From Raillietiella orientalis (lineage: Eukaryota), in contig JAYWIR010000179.1 of the NCBI GenBank assembly GCA_036172245.1, positions 1 to 40,354 of the forward strand: 40,354 nt of DNA, read 5' to 3'. Shown piece after piece: positions 12,621-23,486 of this stretch; within the stretch, counting starts at the first letter, position 1; each line of letters starts with the position of its first letter. The notes under the pieces are model-generated. The model did no database searches. It was not told where the DNA came from and saw nothing but the letters and a program-made list of their open reading frames with translations. The position numbers and the translations under genes were made by a program.

Positions 12621-13640
12621 CCTGCACGTCTCCTTCTCCAGCAAGCCACCGGCAAGACGGGACTGAGGTCGTTTCTTGCACTCCTTCGCCGCGTCAACCG
12701 ATGCGGACTCCAGCTACGGAGGGTGGCTGCGCTGTATCGGAAAAACCCAGGATTGCTCACCTGTCGCCCGTTGAACGGTAGTGCCTGGTTGCAGGAAACC
12801 GTTCGAACGTGAAGACAGTTCGGCATGTAACGCTCCCAACAGGAACGAAGGTTCCTGTTTGGGGGTTACAGAAGTTGCACGCTCCGCGAGATCCTGGAGG
12901 ATCCAAAGAAGAGAGCGTGGGCAGGAAGAACCCCCCTCGCTGCTGCGCTGCCCTCCCTGATGGAAGATCTGGACAGCGATGTTGCGGCGAAGTAAAAGGT
13001 TTTTGTTAGAATCTCCGGAAAGGAGAAGAAGATAGGAGAGTGGAAGACGGGCCAGTTAACAGACGCTGCGTCCCCGAGTACGCCTCCCAATGGACTTCTG
13101 CGCTGGGGCGCGCTGCTCGATGTTCCCATTGAACATCTAAAGTGGCCCCCGGTGCTCATGAACACTTCCGGACTTCCCTTAAAATGGCAGGAGTCGGCTC
13201 TCCTGTTGCAGCACTGGGGACTCCCCTGCAACGCCCGCCGACACCACTGGAACTGGGAAGCGGTGGACCCCAATTGCGTCAGGTGTGGGGAACGGGAGTC
13301 CCTCCCCCACCTGCTAGTGGATTGTGTTGCCCTTCGTCCCCTTTGGTTTCGCTTTGCCGCGGCCATCGGAATCCCATGCAACAACCGCAGGGACGCACTG
13401 AAAGCCCTCTTCGTTGCCAACGCCCTTCGGCCAGCGGCCTTGTTAGCAGCTTTGTGCTGCCTACACGGGATCGTCACCGCTTGGAGCAAGGCTACGGGAG
13501 GACAACGCGACCAGGGTGCCATCTAGCCAACCTCCCAGTCCCTGAGGAGGGCGTCCCGATGGCCCCACCTGGATCCCGGAATACAGAAGGAGCTTGCCGG
13601 CATCCTGCAAAGGATGCAACGGCCCCACCAGCAACTGTGA
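10215..13640 (+). pseudogene. Element B ORF2 piece 2 (rest of endonuclease, RT, zinc finger), multiple stops and frameshifts
   Basis: YAPSG, AGDFY, NWRPMTIVN, RGIQKGDSLSP, AYADD and CVRCGERESLPHLLVDC occur across ORFs from 10225 to 13526. Confidence 0.88.
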
Positions 13641-13827
13641 CCCCTTCCCTTACCCTCCCAACTTTTCTTTTCTTTTTTGTTTTGTTTTTTGTTTTTCCCC
13701 CTTCCCTGTTCTGCCGTGGTGGACTGTACCGGTCTGCGAACTGGTGACCCGGCAGGCTCTGTGTTTCTTCGTGCGTGGCTGGAGCAATGGTGCAGCCACC
13801 GCACGTCTTTGTAAAAGTTTATTTTAC

Positions 13828-13858
13828 AATAAACGCCCCGGCGAAATCCGAGTGAAAA
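13828..13858 (+). terminator. 3' terminal AATAAA + hairpin of B
   Basis: AATAAA CG CCCCGG CGAAAT CCGAG T GAAAA. Confidence 0.8.
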
Positions 13859-14783
13859 TCGAACGCCTTGTGGAGATCGACTGCGAGCCCTAGGGCCCCC
13901 TTCCCTGCCCGGGGGTCCCTTCCCAGCCCGGCTGGCGGCCCCAATGTGGGGTTGCCGACTTTCCCTATCCCTTTCTTTTCTCTTCTCTGTAGGTGCACCC
14001 ATGTGCTTGCGAAGAAGAGGTTGGCATCCATACTTCGCCTGGGAACAGCATAATTCTTCTCCGGGCTAATTACGGATTCTGCCACCTGCCCCAGACGCGA
14101 AGCCCATAGCCCTGCGATCAACTTGACGTAAGTATTCACGATCGTGATCGGACGCAAGTTCTTTAAATTCCTGAGGTCTCCCCCTTTCGGAAGGAGCCTC
14201 ACTGTGGCTGACCGAAAGGAGGCGGGAACATCGCCTTAGTCTCGGATCAGCCTGATCAACTTAAGCAGCAGGGGTGCCAGCTCTTCCGCGAAGCTCTGAA
14301 AGAACTCCGCGGGCAAGCCGTCTTCCCCTGGAGCTTTACGTCTCTTGAGCCTTTTGATACCGGCGAGAATTTCGCCGGTGTTAAAAGGCTTGTCGAGGCT
14401 TTCCATCTCCTCCTCCCCTATTGCCGAGCGCCATCCGGAAGCAAGCGCCGAGAGGCGTTTCGATCCGGGGGCTCCCTGGCGTAAAGGGAGGAATAGAAAC
14501 TCCGCACGAGATGCCGTACCGACGCCGGGGACGAAAATTCCCGGCCCTGGTCGTCCAGCAAGCTGGCCGACCCGGATTGCCAGGTTTGGCGTTCGGCCCT
14601 GGCGCGGTACTCGGCCAGGCGACGGACATAAGGGGTTCTCTCGTACCTACGAGCCTGTAAATAGGCCCGATGGTTGCGAGCACCCTAGCGGAATCCGGGG
14701 GGCAGGCGATCCAGGGGGAACTGCTCACAGAACTCGCGGACCGATTTCTTAAAAAGGTCCCAGTCCTGGAGATTCCGGAGCGT
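13859..14783 (-). pseudogene. Element A ORF2 piece 3 (linker and RT N-terminal half)
   Basis: TLRNLQDWD...KRRKAPGEDGLPAEF...LLPKGGDLRNLKNLRPITIVN...AVDLHKAFD, bounded by the TSDs of D and B. Confidence 0.88.
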
Positions 14784-14788
14784 CGAGC

Positions 14789-14795
14789 GGACGTG
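14789..14795 (+). promoter_or_regulatory. DPE-like RGACGTG motif at the 5' end of D
   Basis: GGACGTG 5 nt inside the end. Confidence 0.55.
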
Positions 14796-14865
14796 TCTTT
14801 TCGTTGCTCCTGAGTTTCATTTCGGTATGTGCTTGTGCGTGGTGTGGGTGGAGGAGTAGGCAGAA

Positions 14866-16524
14866 ATGCTTGATACCACCAACGGTGAGTATCCGGGGGA
14901 GATGACGTCATTGCCCCCGGAGCAGATGGAGGTGGGGGCTCCCGCATCAGTGGAGGCTCCCGCCAGCACGGATGCGCCCCCGGCCCTACCCAGGGCTTGG
15001 AACGCCATGGCTGCGGCACCTACGCCAGCGGCTATGGCGGAAATGCCCGCTTCTCTGGAGGAGGGGTATAACCCACCCCTTCTATATAAGGTAGGCGGTT
15101 TATATTCTCCCGAGAACGCGCGCGCCTTTTCGTGGGCGATGCGCGTTCTCGGTGTACAAAAAGAGGAGCTTCTGTCTATGTCCGTCAGAAGCGGGGGTCA
15201 ATTTGTGGAAGTTATCTGCAAGGAGGCAACTCTTGCCCAGAGACTTCTGCGAACCCCCGTAATTATGGGCAGCCGGAGGCTTCTTCCAATTACTGAAGAC
15301 CGGTCGGTGATTATTCACCTGACCGGTATCACGTTCCGGATGACGAAGGAGGGCCTCCGGAACGAATTAGAAAAATTTGCAACTGTCCACGCGCTGTGGG
15401 GTAAGCCTACTCCTTTTCTTGATTACGACGGGGTGCTTGGCGGCCTGGGTGCAGCGCGAGTGACGGTTCGCGAAGGATGAGAGTTTCCCCACAAACTCAC
15501 CGTCAACGGTGAATCCGTTGACGTGTGGTGCGTGGGTAAACCCAAGTTTTGCAGCTGCTGCAGCAGCTGTGGTCACCTTAAAATGAGGTGTCCGAGCGTG
15601 CAGTGCCAGCACTGCAAACAAGCGGGGCACACCCGTCTGGTGTGCCCCCAAAACACAGTCCGCGTCGTGTCCGCGAAAAACGCGAGAAAGCGCGCGGCTA
15701 AAAAGAGGAAAAAACTGGCGGCTCGTGCTGCTGCTAAGGAGGTCACTTCCGCCACCAAGGCGAAGGCCAGCCCCGAGACCTTGGCGAAAAACGCGGAAAA
15801 GGTCGAGGGCGAGGGTCAAGAGCCAGCGTGGCAGAAGGTCGACCCCAAGAAAAACTCCCCTAAGAAGGGAAAGAACGTGGCGAAACGGAGCGAAACCGCT
15901 CCGCGCCGCGAAAAAACCAAAAGCTACTGCGTCGTTGTAGAGCGGATTGCCGCCATCGACGAATGCGGCGCTAAAGAACTCGCTGCTGCCCCTGCACAAC
16001 CCTCCGTTGACAAAGTCAACAAGGAGGGGAGCGAGGCGGCGGCGTCCGTCATCGAGCCCACGCTCGATGACGTCGCCTTCAAGCGCGCCGCGGAGGAGCT
16101 GGCTGCCTCGTTGCAGCCGGCCGCCCCCAAGGCTGGCAAGAAGACTGTCAGGCGTCCGGCTTCCCCTCAGGAGTCGGCCACTTCCGACCTCGAGGTGAAA
16201 GCCGGAAACACAGCATATATCTCCTCGGCACCCCGCAAAAAGGCAGGACGAAAGTCCACAATGCCCCGGAAGATCGTCTCCCCCGACGAAGGGGAAGAGA
16301 TGGCTTCCGGCTGCGAGGGTGCGATAAGCGTGGGAAACTCACGGGACCCGTCTCCCGAGACAATCCCACGCTCCGGCACGGAGGGGATGGAGGTGGTGGA
16401 GGCCGAACAGGAACCCCAGGCGCCTGAAGAGGCCTCCGTCCTCGTTCCCATGGTCCTCGTACCGATGGACCTTTCCTACACCTGCTCCGCGGCAGGTGTC
16501 GCGACGCCACTTTCCCAGCCATAA
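14866..16524 (+). pseudogene. Element D ORF1 (zinc-knuckle protein), single in-frame TGA at 15478
   Basis: ORFs 14866..15480 and 15523..16524 are in the same frame. Contains CSCCSSCGHLKMRC and CQHCKQAGHTRLVC, and ends in a TAATG overlap. Confidence 0.88.
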
Positions 16525-19500
16525 TGCCGAGAATCGCCTCTCGCCGTCGTCTTCTGATCGCCTGTTGGAATGTGAACGGGCTAAGCGACGACGAGAAGAG
16601 GCGTGACGTGGCCGCCACCCTGGCATCCTTCGATCTGGTGCTGCTGCAGGAGATCCACGTGATCTCCGCAGATCAAGCCCGGGAGATCGAACGGATCTCG
16701 GGTGAGCGGCTGTTGTGGCGTTGCGGCACCGCGAAATCAAGCGGTGTCGCCTTCCTGCTTCGGCCAGCCATCGAGACCGCAATTAAGGACGTTCGGTTCG
16801 ATGACGCAGGTCGCGTCGGTCAGCTGACTCTCAGCTGGTCCGACTCTATCGACCTGGTCGTCACCAACCTATACGCTCCTAGCGGAAACAACGCCTTGAG
16901 GGCGAAAGCAAGAAGGGAATTCTACCTTGCCCTGAGACGCGATTGGCTGACCGATGCAGGAGTTCGCAAAGCGCACCTTATCGCAGGTGATTTCAACCTG
17001 CGCCTGCTTTCAGGTGCTCCGGATACACTGAACGTCCGCGTCAACGAGTTGTACGCAGAAATGAACACGCGCAATTTGTTGGCCGGGGGCACGGCCATGG
17101 AAAGCAGCATCGATCACCTGTACCTTGATCAGCACCTATGCTCTCGGGTGGGCAGGCGCGGCAAGGTACCATCCGAGCTGTAAGACCATGGTCGGATCAT
17201 GTTCGAAGTGCGTCCGCGCGATAAGCGCCTTCCTCGTCAGCGTGGCGTCTGCCAGGGGACTGGCTGAGGTTTCCCGACGCGGCGGAGCACCTCCGCGCGT
17301 TTATTTGGAGCTTCAGGATGCAGACACTTCAGAACTGGGACCGCTTTAAGCGGTCGGTCCAGGAGTTCTGCGATCAGTTCCCCCTGCATCGCCTACCTGC
17401 GGGCTTTGGGAAGGGGCCGCGTAACGAAAGGTGCTATCTTCAGGCCCGACGTTACGCGAGAACCCACGACATGCGCAGGTTAACAGAGTATCGAGCGGGA
17501 GCCGAGAGGGAAGCCTGGCAATCCGGGTTCGCCAGCTTGCTGGACGACCAGGGCCGGGAGCTCTCGGTTCCCGCTCAGAAACGCGGGATAGTGAGGAAAT
17601 TTTGCTCCTCCCTGTACGCCAGGGCGCCTCCAAAGCGAGACGTCTCACGACTTCTGCTTCCGGAAGGTGCTCCAGCGATCGGGGAGGAGGAGAAAAGAAG
17701 CCTCGACGAGCCTTTCACGATGGACGAGATCCTCTCGGCCATCGGAAAGCTCAAAAGGCGGAAGGCTCCAGGGGAGGACGGCCTGCCTGCGGAGTTTTAT
17801 CAAACTTTCGCGGCAGAGCTTACTTCCCTGGTACATCAGCTCACATTGCTGATCCGTGAAACAGGTGACGTTCCCACTTCGTTTCGTTCAGCAAAGGTGC
17901 GACTCCTCCCGAAGGAAGGAGACCTAAGGAGCATGAACAACTGGCGTCCCATCACAATAGTGAATGCGGACGCCGAGTTGATAGCCATGCTGTGGGCAGA
18001 GCGTTTGGGACGGGTCGCCAACATCTTCATCAGCTCGGAACAGACATATGCTGTTCCCAAGCGAAGTATGGAGGCGAAACTGTTCCACGCTTCCACATGG
18101 TTAGAGCTCCAACAAGGGAGGAGCATAATAAGCAACCGGAATTCCGATGCGTCCGTCGGTGGGGGACGGGATGGTCGGGAGGGGAGAAAAGCCCTCGCGT
18201 TCGCAGTCGATTTTCATAAAGCATTCGATTACCTCGAACAGAATCTCCTTTTGGGGCTTCGGGAACACTTGGGCTTCCCGGCCTCTTTGCTGGCCTACCT
18301 GCGCTCCAGCTGGTGCGACGCGCTTATTAATGTTTTTTTTAGTGTATCCACCGTGTACGGCGTACCGGTGCGACGCGGCATACGGCAGGGAGACAGCCTC
18401 AGCCCCTTGCTCTTCAGCGCCTATTTCGAATTGGTGCTGAGTGCGTACAGGGAGACTCTGGCGCACCTGCCGTGCGATTGTCCCGGTACGCCTGCGGTTT
18501 CGGCGTACGCGGACGACCTTCTGCTGCTGCTGCCTATGTCCACCCCGGCTGCGGCGGTCGAGGAGTTCTTCGACCTGCTGAGTCGGGGAACAGGACTGAC
18601 GGTGAACAGGGCGAAGTCGTCCGTAATGCCAGTCTGAGCGGCGTGGGCAGGGTAGCAGGACTGGGTCCGTTTGGGGATCCGCACGGTGAGGTACTTCAAG
18701 TACCTTGGTGTGCCGTTGGTGGACTACTCTCCTGCGGAAGCGTGGTCCGGCTGCCTTCAGATGGCTCAGGCGGCGATCGGCCCGTTCCAGGACGGCAGGA
18801 TCTACCTGCAGGAACGGGCCGCGGCGTGGAACGCGTTTGCGGCACCCTTCCTTCGCCCCTTGCTTTTTGTTTGCCCCCCCTCAGCGGAGTCAAAGAAGAG
18901 GACGAAGGACCTCCTAAGGATCGCCCTTTAAGGCAGAGGGAGGCCCCAAGTCCGTCTTTCGAACTTGTGCGCTCCTCGTCCGGATGGTGGTCTGGGTCTC
19001 CTGACGTTGGAGCGGCTGGAGCTACAGCTCCAGTTCCGAGTTGTTGCCTTTATGGCAGAAAATTGGTGCACCCCTTGGTGCCTCCCTGCACGTCTCCTCT
19101 TCGAGCGGGAGACAGGCAATGCGGGACTCTCGTCCTACTTTGCACTCCGAAGCCCCATCTGCCACTGCGGACTTCAACTTCGGAGGGCGGCCAAGCTCGT
19201 GAAGAACAACTCGGCGCGGATCCTCGTACGCCCCGCGAACGGTCCTGCCTGGTTGCAGGAAACCGTCCGCACGTGAGCGATGATTCAGGAGCAGAGCCCG
19301 CAACACGAGCAAATAGCTCTGTTCGGGCCGCACGCCCGCCGCACGCTCCGAGAAAGCATCGAGAATCCCCGAAGGAGAGCGTGGGCACAAAGAACCTCCC
19401 TTGCTGCGGTACTGCCTACCCTACTGGAACATCTGGGCAGCGACGTCGCGGCACAATGGGAGGTTACTTTCCAGATCGCCAGCAGGGCAAAGAAGATCGG

Positions 19501-19668
19501 GGATTGAAGAACGGGTCAGCTCTCCAACGCTGCGACCCCGAGGACCACCCCAAATGGACTCTTGCGCTGGAGAGAGCAACTGGATGTTCCTGAGGAACAT
19601 CTCGAGAGGCCCCCGGTGCTCATGGACTCGCGCACCCTCCCTATGAAATGGCAACAGTCGGCACTGCT
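16524..19668 (+). pseudogene. Element D ORF2 piece 1 (endonuclease, RT, most of C-terminal region)
   Basis: CWNVNGL, LQEIH, AGDFN; DFHKAFD, RGIRQGDSLSP, YADD. Has several stops and is interrupted by F at KWQQSAL. Confidence 0.9.
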
Positions 19669-19698
19669 TTTACACCCGGATGCGCCGGGGCGTTTATT
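19669..19698 (-). terminator. 3' terminal AATAAA + hairpin of F
   Basis: AATAAA CG CCCCGG CGCAT CCGGG T GTAAA. Confidence 0.8.
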
Positions 19699-19918
19699 TC
19701 TTTAATAAAAAAAAAATAAACAAGCAAGTGTAGGGCTATCGCCCCTACAGTGTTCAGAACATGGTCTTCTGAACTCGCCGATTGGGCAGCACGCAGGCTC
19801 CCAAGGTCCACTCGGCAGCGGAGGGGGAAGGGACGAATAGAAAAAAGCAAAAAGAAAACACTATTTACAAAAGCCGGGAGGGGTTGGGGAAGGGATCACG
19901 TTCCGCTGGAGACGTCCT

Positions 19919-22900
19919 CTACATCCTTTGCAGGATGCCGGCAAGTTCAAACTGCATGTGTCCCAGATGGGTCCATCTGGCTGCCGTCCTCAGGAAGCGC
20001 AGGGCGTAGCACAAGATGTCCCTATCGTTCGGTCCACCAGTGCCGGTGCTCCAAGCTGCTACAATCTCTCGTAGGCAGCAGAGGCCTGCAAGGGCTGCGG
20101 CAGACGAAAGGGCGTCGCGCACGAAGAGGCGCTTTAAAACGTCTCTGGCAGCGTGCAAGGGTGCCCCAACGGCTGTTGCAAAGCGCAACCACAGGGGCCG
20201 GAGGACAACACAGTCAACGAGCAGGTGCGGGAGAGTTTCTCGTTCCCCGCACCTGACACAGTTTGGGTCCACAACCCCCCTCGTCCAATGAGAGCGGCGA
20301 GCGTTGCTGGGGAGTCCCCAGTGCAACACCAGGAACGCCGACACCTGCCACTTTAGGGGGAGGGCCCGAGTATTCCTCAGCACTGGGGGCCACTCGAGTT
20401 CATCCCGCGGGATGCACAGCACCTCGCCCCAGTTCAACAGTCCTCTCGGTGGGGAAACTTGGGATCGCGGCATCAGCAAGCTGACCCGTGGTCCAACCAC
20501 CTTGTTCTTTCTCAGTGTCCCTGATCGTACACCGGACCTCCCACATGGCCGGCTGGCTACTGCCCAGATGTTCCTTGAGGTGGGACAGAGCTGTGGCAAG
20601 GGAGGTCCCCTCAGCCCACGCACTCAAGGCGGGCTGCACGATGATGTCCTGCAGCGAGCGGCTCTTATGATAGGAGTGCAGCATTCGCTGCCGCAACTCC
20701 GGGCTCGCTTCCTCGATCTGGGCCCACGTGCGAAGGCTTTCCTGCAAGCAGGAAGTGCCGTTCGCGGGCCGGCAGGAGATCCAGGTGTTCTTCCTGGTCA
20801 GCTTCGCCACCCGCCGAAGAGCCAGTCCGCAGTGGAACAGGTACCGGCGTTTGCGGCGCGCTAGGAAGGTAGACAGTCCCGCGCAGCCGCCGACTCGCTG
20901 AACCAGGCATCGTGCAGGCTCGCACCAGCTGGCGCTCCACAACTTCGACACTAGGGCGATTGTTCGGAACTGCAGCTGCAGTTCGAGGCGCTCCAGCGTG
21001 AGGAGGCCAAGGTCCCCATCGCGACGAGGGGCGCACAAGTCGTTTCAACGCGCGCGGGGCATTCCTCTGCCCCAGATGGCGATTCTGAGGAGGTCCTTTG
21101 TACGTGTTCTCACACCACGGGGTGGGGGACAAACAAAAAGCAAGGAGCGAAACAGGGGGGCCACGAAAGTGTTCCACAGCACGGCCCGTTCCGGCAAGAA
21201 GAACTTGCCATCCAGGAACGGGCCGATCGCTCTCTCGGCCTTTTGGAGGCAGCAAGACCATTGTTCCGCTGGGGAGTAGTCCCCCAACGGCACACCGAGG
21301 TACTTAAGGTACCGTACCGTGGGGATCCCCAAGCGAGACCAGTCTAGCTGCCCTGCCCACGAGGAACCCACTGCAACCACGGACGACTTTGCTCTGTTCA
21401 CCTCCAGTCCTGTCCCGCGACGCAGCAGCTCGAAAAAGCTTTCGACCGCCGACGCCGGGGTAGACATGGGGAGCAGCAGCAGAAGATCGTCCTCATACGC
21501 CGCCAAGGCCGGTGTACCTGGGCACACGCGCGGCAGGCGACCAAGAGTCTCCCTGCATGCCCTCAGCACCAACTCGAAGTAGGTGCTGAAGAGCAAGGGG
21601 CTCAAGCTATCACCCTGCCGTATCCCGCGGCGCACCGGCACACCGAACACGTTCCTTCCCCTGAAAGAAATGTTGGTCAGCGCGTCGCGCCAGCAAGAGC
21701 GCAGAAAGGCCAATAAGGAGGCCGGGAAGCACAAGCGCTCCAGAAGCTCCAGCAGGAGCTCCTGGTCGACACTGTCGAATGCTTTCCGCAAATCGACAGC
21801 GACTGCGAGGGCCCCTTCTCTCTCCCGACTATCCCGCGAATCACCAGCGGACGTCCCGCAAATCGGGCTGCCGACCTTGTTCCCCCCATTCATTCTGGTT
21901 CTTTGAAGTTCGAACCAGGTGTTCGCGAAGAGCAGGTTGGCGTCCATGCTTCGCCCGGGAACAGCGTAGGTCTCCTCCGGGCTGATGAAGCTTTCCGCCA
22001 CCCGCCCCATTCGCTCCAAACATAGCTTCGCAACCAGCTTGGCGTCCGCGTTCAGTACGGTAATCGGACGTCAATTGCTGAGCTTCCGTTAGTCTCCTCC
22101 TTTTGGTAGGAGACGCATACGTGCCGATCGGAAGGAGGTGGGAACGTCTCCTGTCTCCCGGATCTGCAGCGTTAGCCGCTGCACCAGGGGAGCCAGCTCC
22201 GCTGCGAAGCACTGAAAAAACTCCGCGGGCAGGCCGTCTTCCCCCGGTGACTTCCGCCTTTTGAGCTTCCCAATTGCGGTGATGATTTCACCCATCGTGA
22301 AAGGCTCGTCCAGGCGTACTCTCTCTTCTTCCCCGATCGCCGGGGCACTGTCCGGAAGCAAAAATTGGGAAAATTCCCGGTCCGGAGGCACCCTGGTGTA
22401 CAGGGAAGAATAATAGCCGCGCACTAGGCTACTCACCTCTGCCGGGGCCGAGTGCTCTTGGCCTCCGTCGTCCAGTAGGCTGGGCGACCCCGATTGCCAG
22501 GCCTGCCGCTCGGCCCCGGCTTTAAATTCCGCCAGTATTCGGACGTCTGATGTTCGGGAGTAACGACGGGCCTGCAGGTAAGCCCTATCGTTCCGAACAC
22601 CTTCTCCAAATGCTTTCGGGAGACGGTCCATGGGGAACTGTTGGCAGAACTCTCGCACCGAGACTTTCAAATCGTCCCAGTCGTCGAGCGTCTGCAGGCT
22701 GAAACCTGGCAAGAACGCGCGGAGGTGTTCCGCTGCGCCTGGCTTGGTCAGCCAGTCCCCCGGTAGACGCCACGCCTGCGCGGGGGGCCCACCGTCGCGC
22801 GGGCGAATGACGAGTTCCACACGGGAGTGGTCGGAGACTGCGGACTGTATCTTACCTCGCCTGCCCACGCGACAGCGCTGGTGATCGTCGAGGAAGACGT

Positions 22901-23486
22901 GGTCCACGCTCCGTTCCATCCCGGTATCCCCGGCTAACAAGTTGGATGCGTGCACCGCAGCGCACATCTCGTTAACCGAGGTGGCCTCTGTCCTCCCCGC
23001 ACCTGATAGCAGGCGAATATTAAAATCGCCGGCTATCAGGTGCGCCGTGCGCGCCCCTGCCTCCGACAGCCAGTCGCGCTTGAACGCACGGAAAAACGCC
23101 GTCCGTGCCACGCGCGCGTGACCGCCGCTCGGCGCGTACACGTTCGTGACGACGAGAATGATGGAGTCGGACCACCTGAAGGTGATTTGCCCGACCCGAC
23201 CTGCCTCATCGAAACGAACTTTCCGCACCGCGCGTTGTAAGGCAGGCTTCAGAAGGAAAGCGACCCCGCGCGTACGGCGGTGGCCGCATCGCCACATAAG
23301 CTGACCACCTGCTATCCGTTCGATCTCCCGCGCATGTTCTGCGGAAATCTCATGGATCTCCTGCAGCAGCACGAGGTCGAAGGCTTGCAAGGTGGCAGCT
23401 ATGTCTCGTCTCCTGCCGTCATCGCAAAGCCCGTTGACGTTCCAGCTGGCGATGCGTATTTGACGGCAGGTGGCGAGTCCCGGCAT
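19919..23486 (-). pseudogene. Element F ORF2 (endonuclease, RT, zinc finger) with stops and a YEDD variant of the RT motif
   Basis: 465-aa uninterrupted endonuclease plus linker, then DLRKAFD, RGIRQGD, AYEDD and CVRCGERETLPHLLVDC. Confidence 0.9.

Larger units (their letters stand above)
2353..13858 (+). mobile_element. Element B: full-length Tx1-like retrotransposon (~5.6 kb without C), inserted antisense in the RT KAFD codons of A
   Basis: 14-bp TSD with one mismatch: tcgaaccccttgtg (2339-2352) and tcgaacgccttgtg (13859-13872). 5' GGACGTG and 3' AATAAA-hairpin are present. Confidence 0.92.
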
